From assembly GCA_002269645.1 (NCBI GenBank), contig NIVC01003232.1, forward strand, positions 1-64,000: a stretch of DNA of 64,000 bases, in the 5' to 3' direction. The notes beneath the pieces were generated by a model. The model saw only the letters and a list, made by a program, of their open reading frames with translations. It was not told the origin of the DNA and did not search any database. The DNA comes from Macrostomum lignano (taxonomy: Eukaryota). The stretch's first letter is position 1. The number at the start of each line of letters is the position of its first letter. The translations under genes and the position numbers were made by a program. Shown here piece by piece: positions 1-13,529 of this stretch.

Positions 1-183
1 CAGCGCTGTGCAAAAAAGGAAACAATGATGTTTTGAACTTTGCCGTGCTTTTACCTCACACAAATTTGTTAGTGCACCTTGAATGAAATGCATGATTGCT
101 TTATTTTATATTGTCATTTAGTGCTTGAAATTCCGAAAACTTTCTATCTAGCTGATATACTCGTATATCATTAGGCTGATATG

Positions 184-403
184 CCCTAATGAGCAGATGT
201 GCAACCGACAGCTCAGCCGCAGCTATTGCGCGCCCCAAGGACTGGGGGGTCGCCACACACAGCCTCAATTACCCCAGCTAATGCTGGCACCCAATTTACA
301 GCTGGGTGAACTGAAGCAATGCAGAGTTAAGTGTCTTGCTCAAGGACGTGAGTCGAGAATCGAACTCTTTCGCTCGTCCGAAACCACTGAGCTACAACCC
401 CCT
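184..403 (-). mobile_element. tRNA-derived CORE-like SINE, internally deleted copy
   Basis: Matches the other copies (cagctaatgctggcacccaatttacagctgggtgaactgaagcaatgcagagttaagtgtcttgctcaagg) with a degenerate box A/B head at the right end. Confidence 0.85.
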
Positions 404-1492
404 CTAGGCTAATAGCCATAAAATTCCCTCGCCTCTAGCGAATGCAAATAACTGATGTGCATGAAAATGGAATGCAGTAAAATTTTTGGATTAATTGTTG
501 CAATTGTAAACTATCCTGCATGGGCATTTAGTTACATTTTTATAGATTATAAAAGGTAGAAAAAGTGCGTGCATATAATGAAACTACTAGCTATGACTAT
601 CTAATCCTACAACTCTAGACGCTTTTCTTAATCCATTTCAACAAAAAAGCATTTATAATAAATACTTGCCGAGAGAGCTGCGTTTAGATGTATACGCTCG
701 TACAGTGTAATAGAGGCGAAACAGACTTGGAGACAAGATACACCATGCAGAGCGGTAGGATGGACTTTCAGATGAGAATACACCAGAGCGATAGTTGAAA
801 CCTTAGACATATGCTAACAGTAACAGGAGTGCTTTCAGACTCGTAGTGTGATCGATATCAACGGGTCTACGAACCTACGAACTTGCCACCAGCAACAATT
901 TATTGGCATCAATGTACTAGCAAACTTTCTCGACTGGCAAAGTTCGTGCTCTCGGTTATGCAGACATCCACCAATCTGCTAGTATAGCTTATACACTTCG
1001 ATCCTTTGTTTCTACACCAGCTACTAATGCTCTCTACATTGTTCGTGATGTACATTTGCTCTTTCTGTAGGACAAATATTTCTATACTGAAATGAACCTG
1101 GCGCTCAAGCAAATATCAATAAAGTTGATAGTTGGTAGTTTAGTTTATAGACTCAGCCAATGTAATTGATCAGTGATGGACTGTCTCAAGAGGTTGGAGG
1201 TGGTTTGGGGCCACAGACATTTCTCAGGTGAGCAATCCCCATGATATTCCTTCAATTCCATGCCGAAGAGCCCGCGGTTAGGGCCATAGACACTAGCTTG
1301 AGAGCAGCAGAAGCTACAGTCTATGGTCATAACCCCGCGGGATTACGAGTGGCCCATCTACAACTATGTATATAGAAACTGTGACAGACAAACAGTAGAT
1401 TCTCGGGCAGGATCAGTAGAGTCATAGAGCGGAGAATCTCTCATAGCTCACAGGCAGGTAGGCCAGTGATCAGTACTTTCTCGATCATTGCT

Positions 1493-4400
1493 TCACCCGC
1501 TGGCCCCAACCTGTTTCTTCTGTCGCAGCGCATCCCGGATGGCCATAATCTCGTTGAATATTGGCATCGCTATGATGAAAATCGCGCCGGCGAAGGCCCA
1601 GACGTCCACCAGGGTGATCCAGCTGGCGAAGCCGGTCAAGTTCAGCTTGGGAACGGCCAGCATGCCCAGGGGCCAGACCAGGATGAGGATGACGGTGAGG
1701 CTGACCGCTCCAAAATTAGCTATGTTTTGGCCCAGCGAAAGGCTTTCTCGGTGGCTTCCAGGCTGGGCCGATTGTCCAAGCAGTGCGCTCCGCTGAGGTT
1801 CATCTCCCTTTGATTGTTGTTTGGGGGTTGAGCTTGTTGATGCTTATTTGCAACAGATAATAATAATAATAAATAATTGATTACACTTGCCCTATAAATG
1901 TGCAGATGTGCAACCGACAGCTCAGCCGCAGCTATTGCGCGGCGCATTTGAAGGCTGCGTACGGCTGTTCAGTCCAAGGACTGGGGGGTCGCCACACACA
2001 GCCTCAATTACCCCAGCTAATGCTGGCACCCATTTTATAGCTGTGTGAACTGAAGCCGAGTTAAGTGTCCTGCTCAAGGACACAAATTGTTCTAGTGGGA
2101 TAGGGAATCGAACCTCCGACCTTGAAGTCGTGCGCTATAGCACGATCCATGGACTAGCTAACTAAAGTAGAAGGACGCGATCGTAGAGAGCTTGCTGCTG
2201 CCACACGTTCCTTATACTTTTATTGCTCAAAGTAAATCTATGTATTCCGAGTCAAGTCTAAAATATAAAGAGCGTCAATACAGGCAATTTTTCAGTAACT
2301 TAACTTCGCAAGCGAACGTTATGCAAGAATTCCCAGGTAGACTTTAATTTGCACGCTTAATTTGCTGAGCATCAGGCGAAAGACAGCTATGGACTAAATC
2401 GGCCGTGTGTCCAGATAAAATGCTAAATTTAGCCTTACTATAAATGCACGTATGCCTAAAATATATTAAAGTTTCAATGCTACTTTTGATTCAGGCAGGT
2501 CGCGCAACAGCTGAACTCGAAAGGGAAGTTGGTCGTGTTGAATTTTTATTTACTCAATGACGCGAGTCAATTTGAAAGTAGTAGGGAGCCTGCCATACTG
2601 CAGCTTCAGTTTGAACTTGAACTGTAACTACCCAATGCCATGCATCTTAAAGGATGGGAACGGTTTAACGCACACAATAGCAGACGAACCCCCTCAATCA
2701 ATCTTCGTGGGAAACACACAGATGCTTTTAAATAAAAATAACTCGTAGAACTTTGAATATGCGAGCTGAAATTGAATCCTGCGATTTCAATCTATCTACA
2801 ACGCATTAATTTCATTACATCTAGTTTTACAATATCGCAAACTATAAATATTTCTTGCGACTCTTAAATGCTAATAATTTTTTAAAATAATGGGTTAATT
2901 GTTTACTTTCTTAGGCAAATTTGTAAAACTTTATTTGCAACTATGACTATAGAAAGGATTGCAAACCAATGCTTGGGTGGTTTCATCACGAGTCTAATTA
3001 GGCCGTTATCTCATTAACTATAAATGTAGCCGTTTGCTATAAAGAGCTGCAGCTTCGGACAGAAACTGCATGCAAGCATCGAATTTCAACTGCTCACCCA
3101 TGCCCGATGGCATTCATCATCGGTGTATCAGTTTGATTTTTCTTGACAAATTCCTCTATCTAGCGCGCAATTAACCTTCATAGAGACTAACTAGATGAAT
3201 GGCTCAACCGAAAAATGTTTATTTTTAGCCCAGCTATACTAAAATGACATTGAAGCCGCAAAATGAAACCCGCCAAGATGCAAAAAGTCGCTACATCCTT
3301 AGTAACTAGAATGTTCCGTTCTTTGGTGCCAATGCGGCTAACATGACTTCTGAAACATCCCTGTGGACCGAAATATATGATACTTGAGCTGGCTTTTCAC
3401 ATAGCTACAGCTTTGAGCTTTGACGTCAGGTTAATCTGGCCTTGAAATACAACGAATGATTCGAAGGGAGACATTATATTCGTCTGGAAAAAGTTATTCC
3501 ACTGTTAATCATGAAATGATTGATAGGCGCCCACAGGTGATCCCAGAGACGGATCTCCTTTGATAAAAAATTCAAATACTAACGAATTTTTCTTTGTAAA
3601 TTGTCGCTTTTTCTATCGTTGGAAAGGTCACATCGTTGACTGTTGAACAGGATATCATTGACTTTCACTAGCGACACACAGGAGACTAACGCTCCATTCC
3701 GCTTCCACTATCGGACTAACGTTGGCACCAACTTTCGAGCTTGTAAATCAGAGATTGGCCCGTGCGAAGCCTCTCTATCCGGCCTTCGGGCTCAAAGTTT
3801 GTGTCTCTTCTCAGCTACCTTCTCTCTAATCTCCTCTCCTCTCCCTTCTCCTCTCCCCTCTTCAATTTTATCCCTCCTCTCGTCTTCTTTCTTCTCCTTT
3901 GTTCCCTCACCTCCTTTCTCCCGCCTCTGGCCTATACAGTCAGTCATTGTTGCAAATGATTTTGCCCATTCAACGATGCGAAGTCTGAGCTTGTATTGAA
4001 AGCCAAAGCTGTCTACGGCATTAGTTGCAGTGGCCATTGCATGCATTTACAGCTGGAACTCACTTGGCGTACAGCTCGGACCACGGGTGCAGCGGATTGT
4101 CAATGTCTCGAGTTGTCTCCCAGACTTCGGCCGCTTTCTCCGGTTGAAAATCCCGATTAGTTACCATGGTAACAACCACTGTGACTATGAGGCCGAGTCC
4201 CATAGACACGAGATTGCCAGCTAGCATGGCCTCGTTCGAGCCCGTGCTCTTCATGAACTGCCCCAGGCCGCCCTCCATGAACGCAGCCGTGGTGAGCCAG
4301 GCGACGAGGCCCAGCACCGTGCCCGACACCGAGCCAGCGACCATGGCTTTGCCAGTCAGCCTGGCCCAGCACATGCTCAGGCAGATCGGCGCCACGGCCG

Positions 4401-7400
4401 AGCCAATTAGCACGCCCATGAACAGGTACAGCCAGCCTAGCGAGATCTGCATGAAGTTCAGAACGAAAGTCATGGGTATGATGGCCAGCGTGGTCCACAC
4501 AATGCACCAGTCCTTCATGGCGCTCAGGTAGTCTTTGTAGCTTCGATAGGCGCCGTGAGTTTTGCACTTGTAGGCCGGCTTCAAGGCTCGCTTATTGTTG
4601 GCGATGGCTCTGCAGTTTGGGTGAAGGTTTAAGTGTTAATTAAGATCAATATAACAAAGTAAAAATTATGATGTAAAACGACTATCTACGAATTCAGTGG
4701 ATTTTCCCAATGTATCAATCACTATGCTTTCCGAACATTTGCTTAAGCCTTCGTGCCATGGCTACTACAGGATAATCACTGCTCACTCGTAGAATAGTTC
4801 CGGTGGATCATGATCTCCTTCCAACCAAAGACTGCTCAAGTAGAAGGAAGGGAAAGTACATTTCTTGGAAAATTTTACGAGGAAGGTTCTACCGACAAAA
4901 TACATCACGGAGAGATAGGAGGTTTTCATATTTCAGCACAGAAATTGCTATCGCTTTTGATAGGAGGCAGACCCAGAGCTCATCTTTTGATATGCCTTTC
5001 TCATAGCTCTATTGATATTCATAATAAAGCTTTTCGTTCAGAAAAAATGATTCTACTAGCAATCTTGTCCTCCTTCGAAGCGAAACCTATTTGCCTTGAC
5101 ATCTCAGCAATTCCCTACAAGCCTTTCCATCTATAAGCGACTTTCCCTAAGAATCCTAAAAATCTGATTGGATTTAGAAATCTATCTGTAACACATTTTG
5201 TTACTCAGTCATTAAGCTAAGGATGATAAAATGGATTCATAAAGCCAATGAGTCGAGCTTTGCCATGCATTTGATTTTTAGGCACAGTACTTGCACGATT
5301 GTACGTAGGATTTAAAATTTGCAGAATCCTTTTTTCTAAACTAAAAGCTTTATGAATATCAATAGAGCTATGAGAAAGGCAAGAGATGTCAAAAGAGGAG
5401 CATTGGGTCTCCCTTCTATCAAAAGCAATGTCAATTTTTGTGCTGAAAAATGAAAACCTGCTTATCTGAATAACGTATTTTGTCGGTAAGTAAATCCTGC
5501 CTCCTAAATTTTCCAAGAAACGTTGTTTCCTGTCCTTCGACTTGTGTAGTCCTTGAATCCAACCCTAAGCAAAAACCATTTTCTTAAGACTCGCAATTAT
5601 CAGAAAGACATTACAGAGGAGCATTATTTTTTGCTTAGAAACTGGTTATTTTTATCTTGTTCACTGATGTGAAACAGTTATTTCTGTTATTGTCAATGGC
5701 TTATCTTTGGCACCGAAAGGCTGAAAGCACTCAAAAAGGTAGATATTTTTCTACTTCGTATAAACAATCTACAATAAGTTTCAAAGTAGAGTTGATTCCG
5801 TCTTAGTTGCTCACTCATTGTCCTGCTTGCACTCCAGGCAGAAGGTCATGCTCTCGCAGGAGCACTTGTCCCTAGGATTCGCCATCCGACCCTTGGCTTT
5901 GCCGCACAGAATGCAGGAGTTCGAGTCCAAGGCCGCTCTGTACGGCTGTGGGAATGGCGAGTCGGATTTATCGATCAACTCTAATGATAGCAAAGCTTAT
6001 AGAATGCAATAGAAAGGCGTGAGTAATTTGCTAACACGGACCTTCAGGTGGACAGCGTACACATCGTAGATAAGGATGGAAACCACGGCGATGATCTCAG
6101 AAGAGCCAGTCGATATGACCGCCATGATCAGCATGACCACGATCATTAGTTCGCCCGGCAGGCCAAGTAGTCTCTGAGCCACTGCTGGCGGAACGAGTCC
6201 TAGAAGTGCAAGATGCGAAATTGAAATGCACGTCAGGTTAGTTCACCAAAATGAAAATTTAATCCAAGAAACCAATAGTCAACGTAGTTTTCTCAACCGT
6301 GCCCACCCTTGTCAATGTCAGCATCGGATAGAATAGGCTGGCCCTGCATGAAGCTCAAACTGATGTAGCCCAATCCCATCGCTGTGGCAAAGCAGAACGG
6401 TATGGCGAACCAGACCAAGCCGCCAGACAAGAATCCAAGGGCGCCGGTCTTCGGTTTGGCGGCTACGCTAGACTGCCAGAAGGACTGGTCGACGAATACG
6501 GTGCCGAAGTTGCCTGTCAATGAGGTTATTAATGATTCGATTAAATATTACTCTCTATGGTAGTTCAATCCATAGATAGGATACAGCCTAGATCTCGCCA
6601 AGAAGGGACGAGCGCTTTGTCTATACGACCACCTGGCAGCAAATTATACTGTACATTGCATACGAAGCTGGATTGACCAGCTAACGCACGAACTTGACTG
6701 ATAGGTGTACAGTCCACGCGTTTAAACGTCCATATCCCCATACATGATCAGATGATATCAGAATGATTTTAATGCTTTTTTAAAAAGCTTATTGCCAGAA
6801 CCAAAATTTGTTGAAATCACTGCGCTTTCTCCAGACACGGATTGCGTTGTTCTTTCTTTAAGAAAAAAATTGCTTTTTCATTCGGAGGTATTTCAATCAA
6901 ATATTCCTGGTGCCTTTTTGTAGTGCAGCTACCTCGTACTTAAAGTTCTTACCGATAATATTAATTATGCCAAACATGAGCCCGTCAATGCTAATGAGAG
7001 TCAAGTAGCTGCGATCCTCGTTTCCGACCGGGCCCTTCAGGCAGTCCACGTATTGGTAGACCTTGGCCACGGAGCCTGACCAAACGGGTTGCATGGGCGG
7101 TTAATCGAATGCTAGCAGTTTCTACCGGTTAATTAACAAATCATTGCACGAGCTCTTTGGAAAACAGTTTACGTACCTAACGGGTTGCCCGGCGTCTCAA
7201 CGTGGTACACCTGCATGATGCAGATCAGCAGAATGACAAACATGATGGACGTAGCACAGTAGCTCATGTAGAAGGTGGCGCCAAGTCCTCCAATGAAGGT
7301 GTAGGAGCCGATCACTGCGCACACCAGGCAGGTGGCGTACTCAACTGAGAAGTCTTTAATTAGGTTTGTAAGCACGGCTGTTCCGCCTTCATTAAGGTGA

Positions 7401-8671
7401 GGGGAGTGGGATAATGATGGCAATTCAGAATTTGCCGATTTGAATGATTTGAAGGACCAGCTTAAAAAACGTAGTTTCTTGCTGTGTTTCAATGTACGAT
7501 GTTATTTCTAAGCAATAATTTGCTGGATAGAAGCCCGTCGGCACACAGTTTGGTGTACTCAAACACTAAACAACTGGGACAACTGCAGTCTTTAATTGTC
7601 TTCTATTATCTTCACTCTTTTGTATCCAGTTTTTTGCAAACTCGAAATTAAAAAAAATAATGTATTTCCCATGAGTCTTGATTGCAGTAGTCTTTGTGCC
7701 TTATACTTTGATTTGTTGAAAATTAAAAAATGATCAATGGTAATCCGATACAACACAATGCGAATAACTGACAAATAATTGGTAAATACTGCTGTTGCCT
7801 CACCGAGCATCAACATCGACGTGACAATGATATTAGTGGCCAAAGCGAAAACGCAGAATGTGACGTGGGTCTTCTTGTCGAACCTGGCCCAGATCACCTG
7901 CAGGAAGGTCTTAGCACCGGGTGCTCGAATCTTCAACTGTACGGAGATCATAGCAAACAGCAGCAGCTGGATCGTGGCGCCAGACGCGTACCAGAACGGT
8001 CCGGAGATGCCGTACTTGCTGGCCACCGAAGAGGACTGGAGCAGAGTGGCTGCCCAGGTCCACTGCGACACCAGCGTTGCAGCCGTGAGGCCGACGCTCA
8101 CGTTGCCACCAGCGTCGAAGGAGTTGTCGCCCGTGTCCTGCGTGGTTACATATATCTGGGATGTGATTTGGTCTTCTTGCTGACTTTGGCGCTTGGCTTG
8201 TGCCTACGAAAGAATGTTAGTGCTCCAGGATGCTCGCCTCCGCGGATTGTAAGCAGCACCAGCAAACTTCATTGACGAATGGCTGATTAGAGTTCACATC
8301 TCAGCTAAGTCTAAAGTTACATGTACGTCAAACACTGGGATAACTTAAGAATGTTTTTAACGAACTTAATGAGCTAAGCACTATCTTTATAGGATGAACG
8401 AATTGCTACCATACTTACGGAATAACAATTAACTGTAGCCTCATTTTTTGAAGCACTTGAATCTGCGTACACGACTCACCATCTGCTGATAGACTTGACT
8501 CGTGAGAAGCTGGAACAGCTTGGCCACCATCACGGATACGCAGCCGATGATGAACATGATCAGTAGGGCGTTTGACGAATCGAAGCTGGCCCGAACTCCA
8601 ACCACGGCTGTTGAAGAATTGACGAACTCGGAGGCGAGCTGCTCGCACTCTGGCGTGTCCGTAGCGTCCAT
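1493..8671 (-). CDS. DUR3: DUR3-like urea active transporter (sodium:solute symporter family), 9 exons: 8671-8480, 8203-7804, 7386-7177, 7075-6953, 6513-6307, 6199-6042, 5945-5815, 4609-4064, 1807-1493; apparent 1-nt frameshift at 1725-1728 in the last exon
   Basis: ORF pieces carry DUR3/SSS motifs: SFDAGGNVSVGLTAATLVSQWTWAATLLQSS, GISGPFWYASGATIQ, IGSYTFIGGLGATFY, GNFGTVFVDQSFWQSSVAAKP, GWLYLFMGVLIGSAV, NEAMLAGNL. GT-AG boundaries join with consistent phases. Confidence 0.93.
1860..2130 (-). mobile_element. tRNA-derived CORE-like SINE in DUR3 intron
   Basis: Same body as the 47061 copy; (TAA)n tail at left; B-box remnant ggttcgattcc on minus. Confidence 0.85.
4815..5560. mobile_element. Foldback/MITE-like element with ~240-bp imperfect inverted arms (about 4815-5050 and 5320-5560)
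   Basis: tttctcatagctctattgatattcataataaagcttt is the reverse complement of aaagctttatgaatatcaatagagctatgagaaa, and flanking segments also pair. A related copy of the centre and right arm lies at 49490-49715. Confidence 0.7.
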
Positions 8672-10777
8672 TGCTACTCTTAAGCTCACTTTGCGGTTTT
8701 GTTGTTCTTCTGACCGAAGTAGCTGAAATTTTGTTCAAAACAGATGGAATACGAATAGCTTCTGTATAGAGACGATTGGTCTTCTCGCACTGTGCTCGAA
8801 ATTGAATGTGACAAGAAATCGGAAACACGACGGAATCAACGCAGCTCAGAAAATGGAGGCCTGTTCTGGAGATATCGATCAGCGATATGCATGATGACAG
8901 ACAAGCAAGCGACTGGGTAAGCTTGGGGATCTGTAATCGAAACAACCAGTTGATCTCGTGATTCTTTAGGGATTTTAAAATAAGCTTGGACTTAAAATGC
9001 CGATTTGATATTCTAGAATGAGACTGGGTCTCAAACCAATCTCAAGCAATCGATAATACATCATCTCCCCAGCTCGATGGGAACACTTCCCATGCGACAG
9101 TTCTCACGGCTTTCGTAGTCTAATCAATGTTTCTTGAAAGAACTTGAATCTGAATTACATTTTGTGTCTGAGATACATGCAGGGTTGTACCTTTGAAAAA
9201 ACACTCAACACTTTGACCGTAGTAGCTAAGACCCAAGCCTCTCCGCCAAGAATCAGCCAGCATCACAAGTACAAAGCAGGGAGACGAAACAACTACATGG
9301 TTGAATGAGCAGGCTGACTTGACAAATTAGGTAAATGACTAGCTGCTCTAACAGAATAGTTTCCAACTCAAACAGACAAGAAGAAGCACGCTTGACTTCA
9401 TGCATCAGTAAAAATAGCTCAAAGGAAAACCATAGGCAACTTACCAGCGTAAATGTTATGTAAAACCTCGGACTTGACCTGAATGATGATTAGCGCGTGA
9501 AAAATATCCAGCATTTATTCCAGTTTCTTGTATACATAGGAAATTCTAATGTGGGTAGAGAGGGATGCTGCCCCATCCGCAGCCAATCGCGTATCGCGGA
9601 TTAGAAAATCATCGACGTGGATGGCTTGAACAACTCCAATCGCACATTTCTTCATGAAGCCTGTAGGATTTGTGTGATTTTACAATAATATTTAAATTAG
9701 TATTAGGCCCAGTCGCTAAAGAAGGAAATAAAAACGTTCTTAGAAGCCAGATAAACGATGTGTAAAACGTAAAGTAGAGTTGAAGCCTTGAGGGAAAATA
9801 TATGCTAGAGGGTCGAAGGCGAATAAATATTTCCTATGAAAAACACAGTAGCGACCGTTTAGATATAGAATGTTGCTATTCAAAGTGAGTTGGTCTTGTG
9901 AACAGTGTCACAGGGCGCGCTTCAGGGCTTGATTGCGAACTTAGAGGTCGACCGAATCTGGGGCGCCGGCGTCAGCCAGCAGAAAGTGTTTAAAAAGCGT
10001 CAAAATGATAAAACATCCAGCATAAGGACTTCTATACTGCTAGTAGTCCTTGATCCAGAATTGTCCAAATGACACAACTTCCAGCATTGCCTAAATGAGC
10101 AATTTTTATGCATCTATGTTTAACTTTATGAAAGTACGAGTCATTCCTCATTCGTAAATTTCATATAAGCAGATTTTCAATGCATCACTAGCTTCAGTAG
10201 TATGAAGAGTGCTGCCTACCGAGCAACAGACGAGTGTTCAAGCTCGTAAGTGTAACAAAAGTAGGTCAGCTGACATTTTATTGCTGCCTTGAAGAGAGCC
10301 CTAGTCCGGCTTTAAGCTTCTGGCTCTCCGACAAACCGCACCATTGTTTGCCTCTCAGACTGGCGACAGTCATTGACTGTTCAAATGGTCTCACCATGAC
10401 TCCGCGATACCCAGACAGGCCATGGAGCTCTAGAGTTACCGATTCGGAGTGGAAACCAACTGCACCCACCCCAAACCCCAGTTTTACAATCGAATGCAGC
10501 TCTGCTGTTCGCACGAGTTCGGCAGGCTATGGTGAAATGCAGCTGACTCTCTGATCTTCACTCCAGGTTCTTAGTTCCAGAACTCCGTGGACAAGCGGGG
10601 ACTGCGAGAGGCAGGTAGTCCGCAAGCCAGCCCTGTCTGCTGTCTCTTTCTTTTCTATCCAGGCAAGCCGACAAAAGAACCAGCTGCCATCCAGAAAGCA
10701 GACGTTGACTGATGTCCCCCCTTCGGCCAGCGGACTGCGGTGGCTCCCGTCTTCCCCCGACCCATGCAGCCCATGCA

Positions 10778-11233
<456 letters not shown>

Positions 11234-11613
11234 ACAGTCTGCCCTGCACGATAAAAATTATTTTCAAAGTCGGCTGCAAAACAAACTCGTGTTGCTAGAT
11301 ATTTTGTAAGAGATCGCCTCGAGGCAAGCAGCTGCAGGCTCAGCTAGTTAGTATGCCAGCACTCAGCCGCTGTGCTTGGTCATTGTCCGAACAATAGCAG
11401 CGCCTGAGGCGCCTCGGGATAGAAGCCCTCTAAGCCCGCCGCTTCTCGAATGCATCCAGTTTTGGCAGAACTGCATGCCTCAGGGGGTCGGTGAGCAAAC
11501 CGGTTAGAAAACTGATGCAGCTGTGTCACGAATGCTGCAGAACACGAGCTGCGGCGAGCACGTTCTGCAACACGTGCGGCCCGTCTCCGACGCCCCGGGC
11601 CGGCTCTCCCATC

Positions 11614-11621
11614 CATAAATA
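11614..11621 (+). promoter_or_regulatory. TATA-like box (CATAAATA) of secreted gene copy 1, with CACGTG at 11571
   Basis: About 105 bp upstream of the ATG; equivalent elements sit upstream of copies 2 and 3. Confidence 0.45.
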
Positions 11622-11724
11622 GAAGCAGCTCAAGCGGGCCTGCAGTCAAGCCGCAGTCCATCAGGGCAACCGTTCTTACAAGCTCTCAGAGAATTAAAAA
11701 GCCCCAGAAATCAATCAGTCAGCC

Positions 11725-12210
11725 ATGCGCTTCGCTCTGCTGGCCCTCGCCCTCGCCTTCGCCCTACTGGCGGCGACGGTGCGCGCTGACTATGCCAACT
11801 TCGAAAACGCCGACGACGATTCCATTGAAGACCAGGCCGAGTCCTTCGACGATGTCGATGAGGCCGATGAGGCCGACGATGCTGACGAAGCGGACGAGGA
11901 TGTCGAAGATGAGGAGAAGGAAGAGTGCTCGCCGGAGCCGAAGACCGAGACCAAGACCCTGGGAGGCAAGGAGATCCGCCAGGAGACTGAGAACATCTCC
12001 GTCCGTGGCCGCTGCATCCGCGTGCTGAAGGGCGGCAGCCCGGACGACTACACCACCGCTGGCAGCTGCTCGCGTTGCAGGTCCCGCGGCTCGGGCTACT
12101 ACTGCCTTCTTTCGCCTCTGGCCAGAAGCCTGAAGTGCGAGATGGTGCTGGGCCCCGACTGCCGGCGGCACAAGGTGGACAAGGCCGACCCCACCAAGCC
12201 TTGCGAGTGA
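11725..12210 (+). CDS. Secreted acidic/8-cysteine protein, copy 1 (161 aa, intronless)
   Basis: GCC-ATG start; hydrophobic signal peptide MRFALLALALAFALLAATVRA; 46-aa segment with 27 D/E; 94-aa domain C-x28-C-x17-C-x2-C-x8-C-x10-C-x7-C-x13-C; strong GC3 bias; AATAAA at 12311. Confidence 0.92.
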   Translation: MRFALLALALAFALLAATVRADYANFENADDDSIEDQAESFDDVDEADEADDADEADEDVEDEEKEECSPEPKTETKTLGGKEIRQETENISVRGRCIRVLKGGSPDDYTTAGSCSRCRSRGSGYYCLLSPLARSLKCEMVLGPDCRRHKVDKADPTKPCE

Positions 12211-12656
12211 ATGAAGAAAAGTTTTAACAAGCCAAATTAATTATTGGACTATTCCCATACGAACTATAAGTACAGTATGTCTTAACTTTCTTAGGTACTC
12301 GTATTGTACTAATAAAACGTTCTGTGGTCGAAACTGACCAGCTCAAACAAAATACGCTCATATTTATTGTGTTTTTACTCTATTTGTAACGATAAGAGTT
12401 TGAAAAAGCCTGCTAATTACTCCTAATAAACGTGTTCACCTGTAGTAGGTTGTGAAAGGTAGCTGTAGTCCCATGCACACTGCAACTACTAATCATTGTT
12501 TTTGTGAGTAGTACGAGTACAGCGTTCAGGTGTTTTGAGCCGTTTCTCTGTTGAAGATATACGGCTAAATATTTCCTAGATTTCCAATTTAGCAACGAAT
12601 GTTGATAACGAAAAGAACATAAGGAAATTTAAGCTAATGCAACAATGTTATCGAAA

Positions 12657-13529
12657 GCTAATGTACCTGGTCAGTTATAGCTAATGTACCTGGTCAGTTA
12701 TAGCTAATGTACCTGGTCAGTTATAGCTAATGTACCTGGTCAGGTATAGCTAATGTACCTGGTCAGTTATAGCTAATGTACCTTCTTTGATCAGTTATAG
12801 CTAATGTACCTTCCTTGGTCAGTTATAGCTAATGTACCTGGTCAGTTATAGCTAATGTACCTGGTCAGTTATAGCTAATGTACCTGGTCAGTTATAGCTA
12901 ATGTGCCTGGTCAGTTATAGCTAATGTACCTGGTCAGTTATAGCTAATGTACCTGGTCAGTTATAGCTAATGTACCTGGTCAGTTATAGCTAATGTGCCT
13001 GGTCAGGTATAGCTAATGTACCTGGTCAGTTATAGCTAATGTACCTTCTTTGATCAGTTATAGCTAATGTACCTTCCTTGGTCAGTTATAGCTAATGTAC
13101 CTGGTCAGTTATAGCTAATGTACCTGGTCAGTTATAGCTAATGTGCCTGGTCAGTTATAGCTAATGTGCCTGGTCAGTTATAGCTAATGTACCTGGTCAG
13201 TTATAGCTAATGTACCTGGTCAGTTATAGCTAATGTACCTGGTCAGTTATAGCTAATGTACCTGGTCAGTTATAGCTAATGTGCCTGGTCAGGTATAGCT
13301 AATGTACCTGGTCAGGTATAGCTAATGTACCTGGTCAGTTATAGCTAATGTACCTGGTCAGTTATAGCTAATGTACCTGGTCAGCTATAGCTAATGTACC
13401 TGGTCAGGTATAGCTTAATGTGCCTGGTCAGGTATAGCTAATGTACCTGGTCAGTTATAGCTAATGTACCTGGTCAGTTATAGCTAATGTGCCTGGTCAG
13501 GTATAGCTAATGTACCTGGTCAGGTATAG
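12657..13529. repeat. 23-bp minisatellite (gctaatgtacctggtcagttata), ~38 units
   Basis: Direct tandem array; variant units with ccttctttgatcag recur near 12781 and 13044. Confidence 0.98.

Noticed and set aside
1466-1813. Plus-strand ORFs overlapping DUR3 exons, and similar antisense ORFs over the other genes
   Set aside because: Shadow ORFs caused by high GC3 on the coding strand.
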